IMG/VR virus record: IMGVR_UViG_3300043399_000877 | Coordinates: 310,001 to 374,000 of that record | Strand: one strand, 5' to 3' | Length of the DNA stretch: 64,000 nt | Part shown: positions 40,748 to 48,972 of the stretch, piece after piece | Layout: every line of letters begins with the position of its first letter | Numbering within the stretch: the first letter of the stretch is position 1 | Notes under the pieces: generated by a model | Told to the model about the DNA's origin: nothing | Databases searched by the model: none | What the model saw: only the letters and a program-made list of their open reading frames with translations | Position numbers and translations under genes: made by a program

Positions 40748-41050
40748 TCAGCGTGACGGGAAGTCAACAGGTTTTTTGACGGCGGCGCGGCGTTCTTCCA
40801 TAGTCATGGGTTCTCTGGGTTCTTCAGTCCAGTGACCGCCCCAGCGTCTCCGCTGATTTTCTTCGTATGTCAACTCTTTGCTAAGATATTCGCCACTCCA
40901 ACTGTCAATTACGTCAGCCATTTCGTACAGTGCTGCAATCACACTGTTTTGATCTCCCCAACCGTATTCCATATAAGAGTTAGAATTGCGAGCATTGAGG
41001 AACGCTGCACGTTCTCTCATAGCGTCTGCTAGGCTTTTCGGGTCTTTCAT
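40748..41050 (-). CDS. Hypothetical protein
   Basis: ORF in operon. Confidence 0.55.
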   Translation of the reverse strand: MKDPKSLADAMRERAAFLNARNSNSYMEYGWGDQNSVIAALYEMADVIDSWSGEYLSKELTYEENQRRRWGGHWTEEPREPMTMEERRAAVKKPVDFPSR

Positions 41051-41385
41051 TGGGTTGCACTGCTCCATTTTAAGCTAAAGAATGTTGCATCTCGTTCGTC
41101 TTTAAAATACCAACAGTTACTATAAATTCGATACTCGTCTTTAATAAATTGTCTGCACCATTCATCGCTTATTTTTGCTTTAGTATGCTGTATTACTTCG
41201 GTCCAACCTTGAGATTTTAGTGTAGCCTTTTCGACTTCTCTTAAGACTTCTCGATCAAGTTCTTCTTGTAATATTTTGGCAAGATTGTCGTTTATTTCTG
41301 TGTAAAGATCATCTGCCTTCTCGACGGTCCAAGTTGCTTTCAGAGTTCTGCTTTTTGCTAGTACAACTGTTTTTTCTATTTTCAT
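41047..41385 (-). CDS. Major-capsid-protein (gp23) fragment fused to small paralog domain
   Basis: IEKTVVLAKSRTLKATWTVE...LAKILQEELDREVL resembles T4 gp23 IDKQVIEAKSRQLKAAYSIE...EINREV; C-terminal FKDERDATFFSLKW. Confidence 0.75.
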   Translation of the reverse strand: MKIEKTVVLAKSRTLKATWTVEKADDLYTEINDNLAKILQEELDREVLREVEKATLKSQGWTEVIQHTKAKISDEWCRQFIKDEYRIYSNCWYFKDERDATFFSLKWSSATQ

Positions 41386-41398
41386 TCACTCCACCTCA

Positions 41399-41602
41399 TC
41401 ACTCCCCCGTATACTTTAACATCATTAGCAACATTTCTGACTCACTCTGCACTCGCCTAATATCCGGATATTTTTCAAAGAATCCTTCGCTCGCCTGACC
41501 GGGTTTACAATGCCATACTTTGCTAGCAGTCCAGTCAAATTCTGCCCAATATCCAGTGTCGGGATCAGACAACCGCATCTTGTTTATACGAGTGATTTTC
41601 AT
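41399..41602 (-). CDS. Small paralog-family protein
   Basis: C-terminal SESEMLLMMLKY. Confidence 0.55.
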   Translation of the reverse strand: MKITRINKMRLSDPDTGYWAEFDWTASKVWHCKPGQASEGFFEKYPDIRRVQSESEMLLMMLKYTGE

Positions 41603-41835
41603 TAACCGAACCTTAAAATAAACATGATAGCGTCCCGCTCATTTTCAAAAAGAAAATACCCCACACTGCCTTCAGCGAAGTCAACTTCATATACAAAAGT
41701 TGCACCGAACTTTTGTTTAATATAATCACGAAAAATGCTATCCGATTCGGGATTTTCTTTAAGATAGCGATTTAAGTTTTGATTTTCTTGAACATCTGCA
41801 AAGTATCGCCCGCTCGTTACTTTTATCATGACCAC
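41602..41835 (-). CDS. Small paralog-family protein
   Basis: FENERDAIMFILRFG. Confidence 0.7.
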   Translation of the reverse strand: MVMIKVTSGRYFADVQENQNLNRYLKENPESDSIFRDYIKQKFGATFVYEVDFAEGSVGYFLFENERDAIMFILRFG

Positions 41836-42257
41836 CTCAACAAAAACAAAATATAGTCTCGTTCGTCTTTAAAAGCAAAGAACAATTCGTCACTGCCACC
41901 GATTCCGTTGGGAAGGTATTGTCCTTCGTGGTCCATTATTACACGTTCCCAATGCCAACGGAATTTACCTCGGCAATTTTGATTGCACCAATTGGCAATA
42001 CGTTCACCATTCCAGTATTCACCCCACATAGCATCAAAATTCCAATCAAGATTGCGATACGGTACATGTGCAATATACGGATATCCAAATAACTGGTCTT
42101 TGACAGTATCGCCACGCTCGTTAAAATCAGGATCATATCTCCTAAAATAACGTTCCCAGGTCTGGCAACCGCTCCGTTCGAGCGCGCGGTCCCAACTGCG
42201 TTCAAGTAACAGATATTTTATCCATAAAAATGGGTTGCGGGGTCTTATATCTTTCAT
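41826..42257 (-). CDS. Paralog-family protein
   Basis: WCNQNC...FKDERDYILFLLRWS. Confidence 0.7.
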   Translation of the reverse strand: MKDIRPRNPFLWIKYLLLERSWDRALERSGCQTWERYFRRYDPDFNERGDTVKDQLFGYPYIAHVPYRNLDWNFDAMWGEYWNGERIANWCNQNCRGKFRWHWERVIMDHEGQYLPNGIGGSDELFFAFKDERDYILFLLRWS

Positions 42258-42640
42258 GTTTGGGGCCATCGTAGACTGAACAACAGTGCATCGCGTTCGT
42301 ATGCAAACCAAAAGTCATTCATGCTGCGAATATATGTGCCCGGTTTAAACGTTTTCCGACACCATTCTTTTGCTTCAATTACATCGCTGTAACGGATTCG
42401 GAATTTTTCGTATCCCAGAGACGTAATATAATCCGGATGATGAGCAATACGGCGATTGTAAATTTTTAAGAAATGACCAAAATGCGACTTCGTTAGAACA
42501 ACCCTTCCGCTGTAACCGGTTTTGCTGGTAAGAATATCTATAATCGGACCAGTCATGGGTTGAACGCCCAAGATATCTTGTGCAATTATGGTTGGCATCA
42601 CCCTGCGTATAATAGGTATTAAAACTTTTGCGTCTGACAT
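42254..42640 (-). CDS. Gol-like major-capsid fragment fused to small paralog domain
   Basis: VLIPIIRRVMPTIIAQDILGVQPMTGP resembles gp23 Gol region; C-terminal FAYERDALLFSLRW. Confidence 0.78.
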   Translation of the reverse strand: MSDAKVLIPIIRRVMPTIIAQDILGVQPMTGPIIDILTSKTGYSGRVVLTKSHFGHFLKIYNRRIAHHPDYITSLGYEKFRIRYSDVIEAKEWCRKTFKPGTYIRSMNDFWFAYERDALLFSLRWPQT

Positions 42641-42861
42641 TCCGTTGCCCGCTTTTGTCCACCGCGCCGAAAGTCCCAGCCTTGGCCTCCCATTGCTTCA
42701 AGACTTTTCCACATTTCAGCGATCTCAACGCATTGCCGTGGCTGTCCGATGCTGCCTACCATTGCAAAACAACTGGTACAGCGATAACCCATTTCACTGG
42801 GGATATCGAATTCAGCTGTGCTTCCACAGGGTAAAAATATTTGAGTTGGTGTTGGTATCAT
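42619..42861 (-). CDS. Cys-rich hypothetical protein
   Basis: LPCG...YRCTSCFAMVGSIGQP..C. Confidence 0.6.
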   Translation of the reverse strand: MIPTPTQIFLPCGSTAEFDIPSEMGYRCTSCFAMVGSIGQPRQCVEIAEMWKSLEAMGGQGWDFRRGGQKRATECQTQKF

Positions 42862-42865
42862 GTCG

Positions 42866-43105
42866 TTAACCGTGTTTGAGAATGAATATTGTTAAGTAGC
42901 GTTCATCGCCACTAAACTTGAGGTAGCGTCGTTTATTTTTTTGCACAACAGTAAATCCCTGAGTCCAGAGCCAGTCTTCAAATCTTTGATTTTTGGTAGT
43001 GTTGGGATATTGATATTTTTGTGGCCAACGTGTATCGGCCAAACTGTCTCCGTACTTCCACTTTTGATAAACTCGATCTAAAAAATCAGGATCTAGTATT
43101 GTCAT
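42866..43105 (-). CDS. Small paralog-family protein
   Basis: FSGDERYLTIFILKHG; start reassigned to MTILDPD. Confidence 0.6.
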   Translation of the reverse strand: MTILDPDFLDRVYQKWKYGDSLADTRWPQKYQYPNTTKNQRFEDWLWTQGFTVVQKNKRRYLKFSGDERYLTIFILKHG

Positions 43106-43289
43106 TCGGACACCCAAGCAAAAACAGAGTATGGTACCGTTCTTCACTAAATTGCACATAGTAGTCATTGTATATGAACCCAGTGCATGTAATTTTAAAA
43201 GCACTAGGGTCCAAATTTTTTCTTATCCAGGCAACCCGCGCGCGAACAGTTGGATCGTCTTCATCACCCAAGCAGATTTTCATGACCAC
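43086..43289 (-). CDS. Small paralog-family protein
   Basis: FSEERYHTLFLL. Confidence 0.6.
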   Translation of the reverse strand: MVMKICLGDEDDPTVRARVAWIRKNLDPSAFKITCTGFIYNDYYVQFSEERYHTLFLLGCPNDNTRS

Positions 43290-43543
43290 CTCAGCATAAA
43301 AAGCGTAACATACTTTTCATCGGGGAACTCCAAATCAACATACCTGACTGTTTTGACTATAGTATGATTTTGTACGTGAAGTGTTTTACACTTATAAGTT
43401 TCTTCAAGATACCGATATACGGATTTAGTGCCGTTGAGCCCACCGTTTTTTATTAAAACGTGAACAGACTCGTTAACAGCACGTTTCCAAGAACGGTAAA
43501 TAGGGCTATTGGCCCGTAAACCATGATATTGTATCATCCCCAC
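43280..43543 (-). CDS. Small paralog-family protein
   Basis: FPDEKYVTLFMLRWS. Confidence 0.7.
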   Translation of the reverse strand: MGMIQYHGLRANSPIYRSWKRAVNESVHVLIKNGGLNGTKSVYRYLEETYKCKTLHVQNHTIVKTVRYVDLEFPDEKYVTLFMLRWS

Positions 43544-43731
43544 CTCAATCGCACCAGTGTTAGTTTTTTTGGATCATATACCTGAATTCCCTGAGTCTTC
43601 ATTCTAATTTTGATCCAATCATAGTCTTTACCGGCCTGGCCAACACTACATGACAACCAGTCGCACACTTCTTGGTAGTTTGACGCATCTATGTTAAAGA
43701 AAACACAGTTGTCTTCCATAGTTAGCCCCAC
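43534..43731 (-). CDS. Small paralog-family protein
   Basis: WL...G..GKDYDW...DPKKLTLVRLRWG. Confidence 0.65.
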   Translation of the reverse strand: MGLTMEDNCVFFNIDASNYQEVCDWLSCSVGQAGKDYDWIKIRMKTQGIQVYDPKKLTLVRLRWG

Positions 43732-43925
43732 CTCAGCATAAACAACGTGCGTTTGTGATCGTCAAATATTTTTATACCAGCACACTGGTAATCAATAAAA
43801 ATCAGTTGGTAGTCGACATCTTTTTTGCCCATGTTTTGATCAATCCAAGACAGTAAGCCATGATAATAACCGGCCCGTCGCCGTTCAAACATTATAATGT
43901 CGTCTGTTATACTCTCAGATTTCAT
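43722..43925 (-). CDS. Small paralog-family protein
   Basis: WIDQNMG..DVDY...FDDHKRTLFMLRWG. Confidence 0.65.
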   Translation of the reverse strand: MKSESITDDIIMFERRRAGYYHGLLSWIDQNMGKKDVDYQLIFIDYQCAGIKIFDDHKRTLFMLRWG

Positions 43926-44331
43926 AATCCAAGTCGCCAGTGTCGCTCATGTTGTCACGACGGCCGCGCTGGCCGTCGTACTCTAGATGGCGGATATAAT
44001 TACGCAAATATCTTTCGATATTTTCACGGCCCACGGGATTCATGCTATGAACATAGAAATCAAAATCTGCAGGAATTTCGAGGTTCCCGTCCATATGCTG
44101 GTCCACAATCCACTGAGCAATATTGAAGCCAGTGGGCTCGTTGTTGCCGAGGTCGTGATCGAAAGAAATGAAGTTCGGAGCAATTAATCCATGATTGATT
44201 ATGGCTTGAATTGCTTGATCTCGATTGCGCACAACTGTCCACTGCTGCTCACGATAACGCTCTTGCATACGGCGAGGGGCCCAAGTAACGTCCTGCAAAT
44301 TGCGCTCGTCATCAATAAAAAGATTCCACAT
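43915..44331 (-). CDS. Cyclic-phosphate-processing receiver-like domain protein (RNA repair associated)
   Basis: LFIDDER, ISFDHDLG, TG, VHSMNPVG. Confidence 0.75.
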   Translation of the reverse strand: MWNLFIDDERNLQDVTWAPRRMQERYREQQWTVVRNRDQAIQAIINHGLIAPNFISFDHDLGNNEPTGFNIAQWIVDQHMDGNLEIPADFDFYVHSMNPVGRENIERYLRNYIRHLEYDGQRGRRDNMSDTGDLDYEI

Positions 44332-44352
44332 GACTGTCTCCTAGTTTAGCTT

Positions 44353-44381
44353 AACCTAGCATGTCTAGCAACATATGTCAA
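44353..44381 (-). promoter_or_regulatory. Sigma70-type promoter
   Basis: TTGACA-17-TAGGTT (TGCTA context). Confidence 0.55.
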
Positions 44382-44391
44382 TGCGGTTTTT

Positions 44392-44475
44392 TGGTGCCGC
44401 CGGGGAGACTCGAACTCCCACGACCGAAGTCACAAGCACCTCAAGCTTGCGTGGCTACCATTACACCACGGCGGC
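44392..44475 (-). tRNA. tRNA-Leu(GAG)
   Basis: Cloverleaf, long variable arm, loop TT-GAG-GT, encoded CCA. Confidence 0.9.
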
Positions 44476-44492
44476 AATTGTCCTTAATATAA

Positions 44493-44660
44493 TCATTTAA
44501 GTTTTTGTATGGCATCTTCTATTTGTTTCAACGCAAAAGTAGTAAGGAGATACTCACTTCTTTTGTCACATTTGTCGCTTAAGAAAAGTTCTAAGTTACA
44601 AATAGCAGATTTAATATCACCCTCTATTGTACCTTTTGTGTTAATACAGAACAATCCCAT
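44493..44660 (-). CDS. Small hypothetical protein
   Basis: MGLFCINTKG..., SD GAGG. Confidence 0.5.
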   Translation of the reverse strand: MGLFCINTKGTIEGDIKSAICNLELFLSDKCDKRSEYLLTTFALKQIEDAIQKLK

Positions 44661-44675
44661 GTAACTTCCTCTAAA

Positions 44676-44752
44676 TGGTACCCCCGGCAGGACTCTAACC
44701 CACAACCCTCGCGTTCGAAGCGCGATGCTCTATACAATTGAGCTACGGAGGC
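44676..44752 (-). tRNA. tRNA-Arg(TCG)
   Basis: TCGCG-CT-TCG-AA-CGCGA; T-loop TTAGAGT; CCA. Confidence 0.85.
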
Positions 44753-44757
44753 AAAAA

Positions 44758-45006
44758 TTATCTAAGTCGAGGATTCTGGACAAACCGTCCACCGGCACCG
44801 CGAACTTTAGGACGAACTATCTTGTTCGCCTTCATCTGAGTGGCTGCGATATCACATCCGTCATTGAAACTGGGACTGGAACTGTCACATGGATCCAGTT
44901 TATTACGACTACGAGCGTAGCGATATCCAGCGGCATGACCACTGCAATCTTTGGTGCAGGGTCTGCCCTGGAAAGTTAGTTCGGTTATGATATCACGTAA
45001 CAACAT
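44758..45006 (-). CDS. Late-expressed small protein
   Basis: ATAAATACTGT-ATG; CTKDCSGHAAGY. Confidence 0.65.
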   Translation of the reverse strand: MLLRDIITELTFQGRPCTKDCSGHAAGYRYARSRNKLDPCDSSSPSFNDGCDIAATQMKANKIVRPKVRGAGGRFVQNPRLR

Positions 45007-45021
45007 ACAGTATTTATGCCA

Positions 45022-45387
45022 TTACAGCAGTTTTAGATCCCCGGTTATGGGTTGCAGACGCTCGTGCGTGTCTGGGCCCACAGCAATGCAGGTGTTGGTG
45101 GGCGTGCCGTTAAACACAGTCAAGCCTGCGTCCGTGACAAGCTCAGCGATGAGCCCTGCCGCACGGGCGCGATTGTATACGTCCAGCAACTCTTCCTCGC
45201 TGCTGACACCCACTGCAATCTTGGTAAACTTACCTTCTAGCCATTCTTTGACTCTCGGGTCAGCAAAGTTCACAAGAGTGGCTTTCATGCTTGCATGTGC
45301 GCCCTGCGCGATCTCTTTACCACGCGGCATCTTGAGATCTTTTCTCATTACAATAATCTGTTTCATAGCAGTATCCTTAGTCGTCAA
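45022..45387 (-). CDS. Peptidyl-tRNA hydrolase type 2 (Pth2)
   Basis: KQIIVMRKDLKM..GK..AQGAHA, DAGLT, TCIAVGP, ITGDLKLL. Confidence 0.93.
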   Translation of the reverse strand: MTTKDTAMKQIIVMRKDLKMPRGKEIAQGAHASMKATLVNFADPRVKEWLEGKFTKIAVGVSSEEELLDVYNRARAAGLIAELVTDAGLTVFNGTPTNTCIAVGPDTHERLQPITGDLKLL

Positions 45388-46348
45388 CAGTTACTTCGGT
45401 CTTTGTCTTTTTGGTCTTGATCAGGGAGTAGATGACTCCGGCAGCCAAGATAGCAAAGGTTATAGCCAGTGATATCTCCGGTGGAAATTTTGCCAAGCCA
45501 AGAAGATCGGCTATAAAGATTTTGCTTCCTATAAACACTAGAAGTATAGCCAGTGCTGTTTTTAGGTATTCAAATCTGTGCAGTACCGCCGCAAGAGCAA
45601 AGTACAAGGCTCGCAATCCGAGTATTGCAAAAATATTGCTGGTATAGACAATGAACGGATCTGTTGTAATAGCAAAAACAGCAGGCACACTATCGACTGC
45701 AAAAATCAAATCTGCAAGTTCAACAAGAACCAGTGCAAGGAACAGCGGAGTCACAAACCATTTGCCGGCATGTTTTACGAAGAAACTGTTGCCGTGTAGT
45801 CGTTCGGTTACGTTGAATTTTGCCCTCATGAACTTTAGGGCAGGATTGTTTTCCAAGTCTGTTTCGGACTCTTTTACAAACAACATCTTGACGCCGGTAA
45901 AGATCAAGAACGCAGCAAAAATGTAAAGTATCCAACCAAACTGGCTAACAAGCGTTGCACCCAGCCCAATCATAATACCACGAAGGACGATAACGCCCAA
46001 AATACCCCAGAAAAGAACGCGGTGTTGATATTCTTTTGGAATAGAGAAGAAGCTGAAAATAAGAGCTATAACAAAGATGTTATCGAGCGCCAGTGTTTTC
46101 TCTACAACAAAAGCAGTTAGGTATTCAAATGACTGAACTGCACCGATCTGATACCAGACAAAACCGGAAAATGCCAGTCCTATTGCGATATAAACCGCTG
46201 AAAGTCTTAGACTTTCAGCAACACCGATTTCATGAGAATCTCGATGCAAAACACCTAGGTCAAAAACCAGCAGTGCAAGGACGATTGCCAAAAACAGCAA
46301 CCACATCCACACCGGAGTGCCTAGAAAGAGAAGTGTTAAAAATTCCAA
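45377..46348 (-). CDS. TerC/Alx-family membrane protein
   Basis: EKTLALDNIFV, QHRVLFWG, DLIFAVDSVPA, SNIFAILGLRALYF. Confidence 0.93.
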   Translation of the reverse strand: MEFLTLLFLGTPVWMWLLFLAIVLALLVFDLGVLHRDSHEIGVAESLRLSAVYIAIGLAFSGFVWYQIGAVQSFEYLTAFVVEKTLALDNIFVIALIFSFFSIPKEYQHRVLFWGILGVIVLRGIMIGLGATLVSQFGWILYIFAAFLIFTGVKMLFVKESETDLENNPALKFMRAKFNVTERLHGNSFFVKHAGKWFVTPLFLALVLVELADLIFAVDSVPAVFAITTDPFIVYTSNIFAILGLRALYFALAAVLHRFEYLKTALAILLVFIGSKIFIADLLGLAKFPPEISLAITFAILAAGVIYSLIKTKKTKTEVTVDD

Positions 46349-46374
46349 TTATTTTCCCCTGTATGAGTCGTTAT

Positions 46375-46590
46375 TTACTGGTCAGTTCGCCATCTTTTGC
46401 GACAATCTGGACAGAAAAAATCTATCCAATAACTGTCAGCACTAGGGTCATAATTACCGGTGTTGCTGTCATATTTTTTAGTCACACCGGGATGAGTGCA
46501 TAATGCCTGCAACTTCGCAAGTTCATGGGCTAAACGTTCTTCTCTGCGATCGATACTAGCCCATTTACGCCTAACCTGCGCTGGCGTCAT
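46375..46590 (-). CDS. Small Zn-binding hypothetical protein
   Basis: CTH...CPDC. Confidence 0.6.
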   Translation of the reverse strand: MTPAQVRRKWASIDRREERLAHELAKLQALCTHPGVTKKYDSNTGNYDPSADSYWIDFFCPDCRKRWRTDQ

Positions 46591-47015
46591 GATGCAGCCT
46601 CCTTTTCAATATATCGTGAACACTTTGCACGATCCGTCATGTTGCGTTCGGCTAGGTCTTCCCAAAATTTTTCATTTGGTTTTACCACGCTGTACGCGAG
46701 TTGGCCCCCAAAATAGACCAAACACTCTCTGTTGTAGTTGCTGCTGAGAACCACAGTATATGCCGTGCTCACAGCAGCGCCTCCGATGCCCCCGTGCCCG
46801 AGTGCTGTGCTGCCCCAGGTTTGTGGGAACATTCCGATTACGGAAAAATCACGAGTGGTGTGACGACGTGTTTTCTTAACGGTGGCGTTCTTATCACCAC
46901 TTCGGCGGAATTCTTCCCAATCACGAGAGTCGTACTCAATCTCGGAAAATCCCGCGTACTCAGCATGTGCCAAAACTGCGGCAAGTTCTCCGATTGGATT
47001 ATCAGTGTAGGTCAT
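46587..47015 (-). CDS. Conserved hypothetical phage protein
   Basis: FPQTWGSTALG.GGIGG. Confidence 0.7.
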   Translation of the reverse strand: MTYTDNPIGELAAVLAHAEYAGFSEIEYDSRDWEEFRRSGDKNATVKKTRRHTTRDFSVIGMFPQTWGSTALGHGGIGGAAVSTAYTVVLSSNYNRECLVYFGGQLAYSVVKPNEKFWEDLAERNMTDRAKCSRYIEKEAAS

Positions 47016-47358
47016 CGTAAGGTTCTCCTCGAGTGCGCAACACTCTCCATGTGTATTCTTTTTCTACTCGTTCTGCGTAACGTTTGCGCATCCCATCCGG
47101 ATCAGTCATCCAGTATTTCATACCTTCCGGGTGTCCATAGCTGTGCGCTGGCGCATTGAAATTGAGCCAACGAACAATATCCGGAAGTCGCTGGATGTTA
47201 ATATGATCAGCACTGGTGATTGCCCCGTAAAGGTTGTTGCACAACACATTTGTCAAAAAACCTCCGGGCGGTAATCCGTAAACCAGATAGTTATCTAGAG
47301 ATTTTCTAGTGTGTTCCGGAATTTCTCGTCCATAGCTGTCACTATCAAAATCAATCAT
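47002..47358 (-). CDS. Hypothetical protein
   Basis: PPGGFLTNVLCNNL...AD. Confidence 0.65.
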   Translation of the reverse strand: MIDFDSDSYGREIPEHTRKSLDNYLVYGLPPGGFLTNVLCNNLYGAITSADHINIQRLPDIVRWLNFNAPAHSYGHPEGMKYWMTDPDGMRKRYAERVEKEYTWRVLRTRGEPYDDLH

Positions 47359-47764
47359 GCACATTTGTTGTCCCATTCGGAAAAAATACCATGGTTGGCT
47401 TGCCGGTTTTCTTCGCATAGTCGTGCGTATACCAAGTGCCGCCGTTGTTCTGCCACGAATTTTGATATGGCACAACTAACAGCACATCACACTCATTGAC
47501 TATCTGTCTATTTCTTGCGAAATAACTGAGTGGTTCTCGAAAATCGTCTGATCGGTGGTGCGCCCTAAGTTCTGTTTTAATCGGTGGATGACAGACCACC
47601 TTAATACCCATTTCCGCAGCCAATATAGCAACCTGTTCATCTACTCCCACACAGTCTCCGTGATGCAATTCTGTGATGCCGTTTCGACTGGTTAGATAGT
47701 TTCTAACCAGTCGAAACTGTTCATCATTCATTCCGGAACGGGTACCAGTTACGCCAACTTTCAT
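47351..47764 (-). CDS. SLOG/DprA-like nucleotide-binding protein
   Basis: VGVTGTR, HHGDCVGVD, ARNRQIV, GGTWYT. Confidence 0.7.
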   Translation of the reverse strand: MKVGVTGTRSGMNDEQFRLVRNYLTSRNGITELHHGDCVGVDEQVAILAAEMGIKVVCHPPIKTELRAHHRSDDFREPLSYFARNRQIVNECDVLLVVPYQNSWQNNGGTWYTHDYAKKTGKPTMVFFPNGTTNVHD

Positions 47765-48279
47765 TATCTCTCGTTCCATTGTCCAACAATGCTCATAGCA
47801 TGTTTCATATGCTTGTAAAGCAATCCGTTTTCTGGATCAGTTCGTACTAGGCGTTTTTTGCCCAGCACTTCGTCAAATCGATAAGCGTTGTCATCAAACA
47901 AGATGAAGTCACGCACGTCAGTTCCGTAGTTAGCAAGGTACTCTTGAACCTCGTGTGCGCGGTCATTAAGACCTGCACGTTGCCAGATAACGTTATCCGG
48001 ATCAGTTTTCCACGGGCTTGCAAGTTTTCCACGGAAGCCGCTGTTGCCGAAGGCAGCAGAGACCCAGTGCAGCACCATATTGTCATCGTTACGGAGATAA
48101 TTTTTCCAGGTTGACATAAGAACAAACTCAACCGGGTAACGGTCGTGAAGTTTGTTCATGAAATCAACAGCAACCGGGTCAAAGCGATGCCACATTTCAT
48201 AAGTGGCGTTATGTGCATAATGCACACGGCTGCTGGTAAAGACGCCGTCGATGTCTAAAAAAACTAGATATCTGCTCAT
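47764..48279 (-). CDS. HAD-family phosphatase (Swiss-Army-knife RNA repair type)
   Basis: FLDIDGV, STW, R..EV, ILFDD, GL. Confidence 0.8.
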   Translation of the reverse strand: MSRYLVFLDIDGVFTSSRVHYAHNATYEMWHRFDPVAVDFMNKLHDRYPVEFVLMSTWKNYLRNDDNMVLHWVSAAFGNSGFRGKLASPWKTDPDNVIWQRAGLNDRAHEVQEYLANYGTDVRDFILFDDNAYRFDEVLGKKRLVRTDPENGLLYKHMKHAMSIVGQWNER

Positions 48280-48302
48280 AGCACCACACCTTTCTTAGAG
48301 TT

Positions 48303-48331
48303 AATATAGTGTAGATATATCTGTGTGTCAA
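48303..48331 (-). promoter_or_regulatory. Sigma70-type promoter
   Basis: TTGACA-17-TATATT. Confidence 0.7.
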
Positions 48332-48345
48332 GTAAGATTACGATC

Positions 48346-48900
48346 TTACCAGACACTCCAGATGTGTTTTTTACCGAGATAGGTGTCGGGATAGGGAAGA
48401 TAATCCCAGTCTTGATCTTTGAGGACACGACGTTCAAGCTGACGAACAGCGTTGCGAACAGTCTCTTTGCTGAGAGTTTTGTAAGCAGTGTTGCAGCCAG
48501 TTTCGTTGCCGTATCCGTCTCGAGTACGTTTTGCAAATTCGCGACGAGCCCAGTCACGTTCTGCTTCCCAATCAATGTCACAAGGTTCGTAACGGAACTT
48601 GCTAACATAATAACGATAACGTTCGGGCAATGCACGAACATAGCAACTGTACATAATGCTTTCGGGATTGTTCCAACAAAACCAATAGTTTTTGCGGACT
48701 ACCCGGCAGTCAGCTTCGTAACGTGCTTCTGCTGCTGCAACTTCGTGTTGGTATTCTTCCTGAGTTTTCTTCACTTTTTTACGGTGATACATGCCAGGAT
48801 ATCTGGCGGCGCGAAGCGCCAGATCTTTTATATGCTCATCCACGTATTGAGATTCCGATTTGGAATGATCAAACTTGGGTTTACGGTACGTTCTACTCAT
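48346..48900 (-). CDS. Basic hypothetical protein (MSRTYRK start)
   Basis: SD AAGGAG partly inside an upstream hairpin. Confidence 0.7.
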   Translation of the reverse strand: MSRTYRKPKFDHSKSESQYVDEHIKDLALRAARYPGMYHRKKVKKTQEEYQHEVAAAEARYEADCRVVRKNYWFCWNNPESIMYSCYVRALPERYRYYVSKFRYEPCDIDWEAERDWARREFAKRTRDGYGNETGCNTAYKTLSKETVRNAVRQLERRVLKDQDWDYLPYPDTYLGKKHIWSVW

Positions 48901-48908
48901 TTTGACTC

Positions 48909-48957
48909 CTTATAAGCTATTAGCTCATAAGTCGTCGTAAAACTTTCTGTATCTCAT
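48909..48957 (-). promoter_or_regulatory. 10-codon uORF (MRYRKFYDDL) plus SD-occluding hairpin
   Basis: uORF 48957-48925; 10-bp stem CTTATGAGCT/AGCTTATAAG. Confidence 0.55.
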
Positions 48958-48972
48958 TTCGTTTCCTTTATT

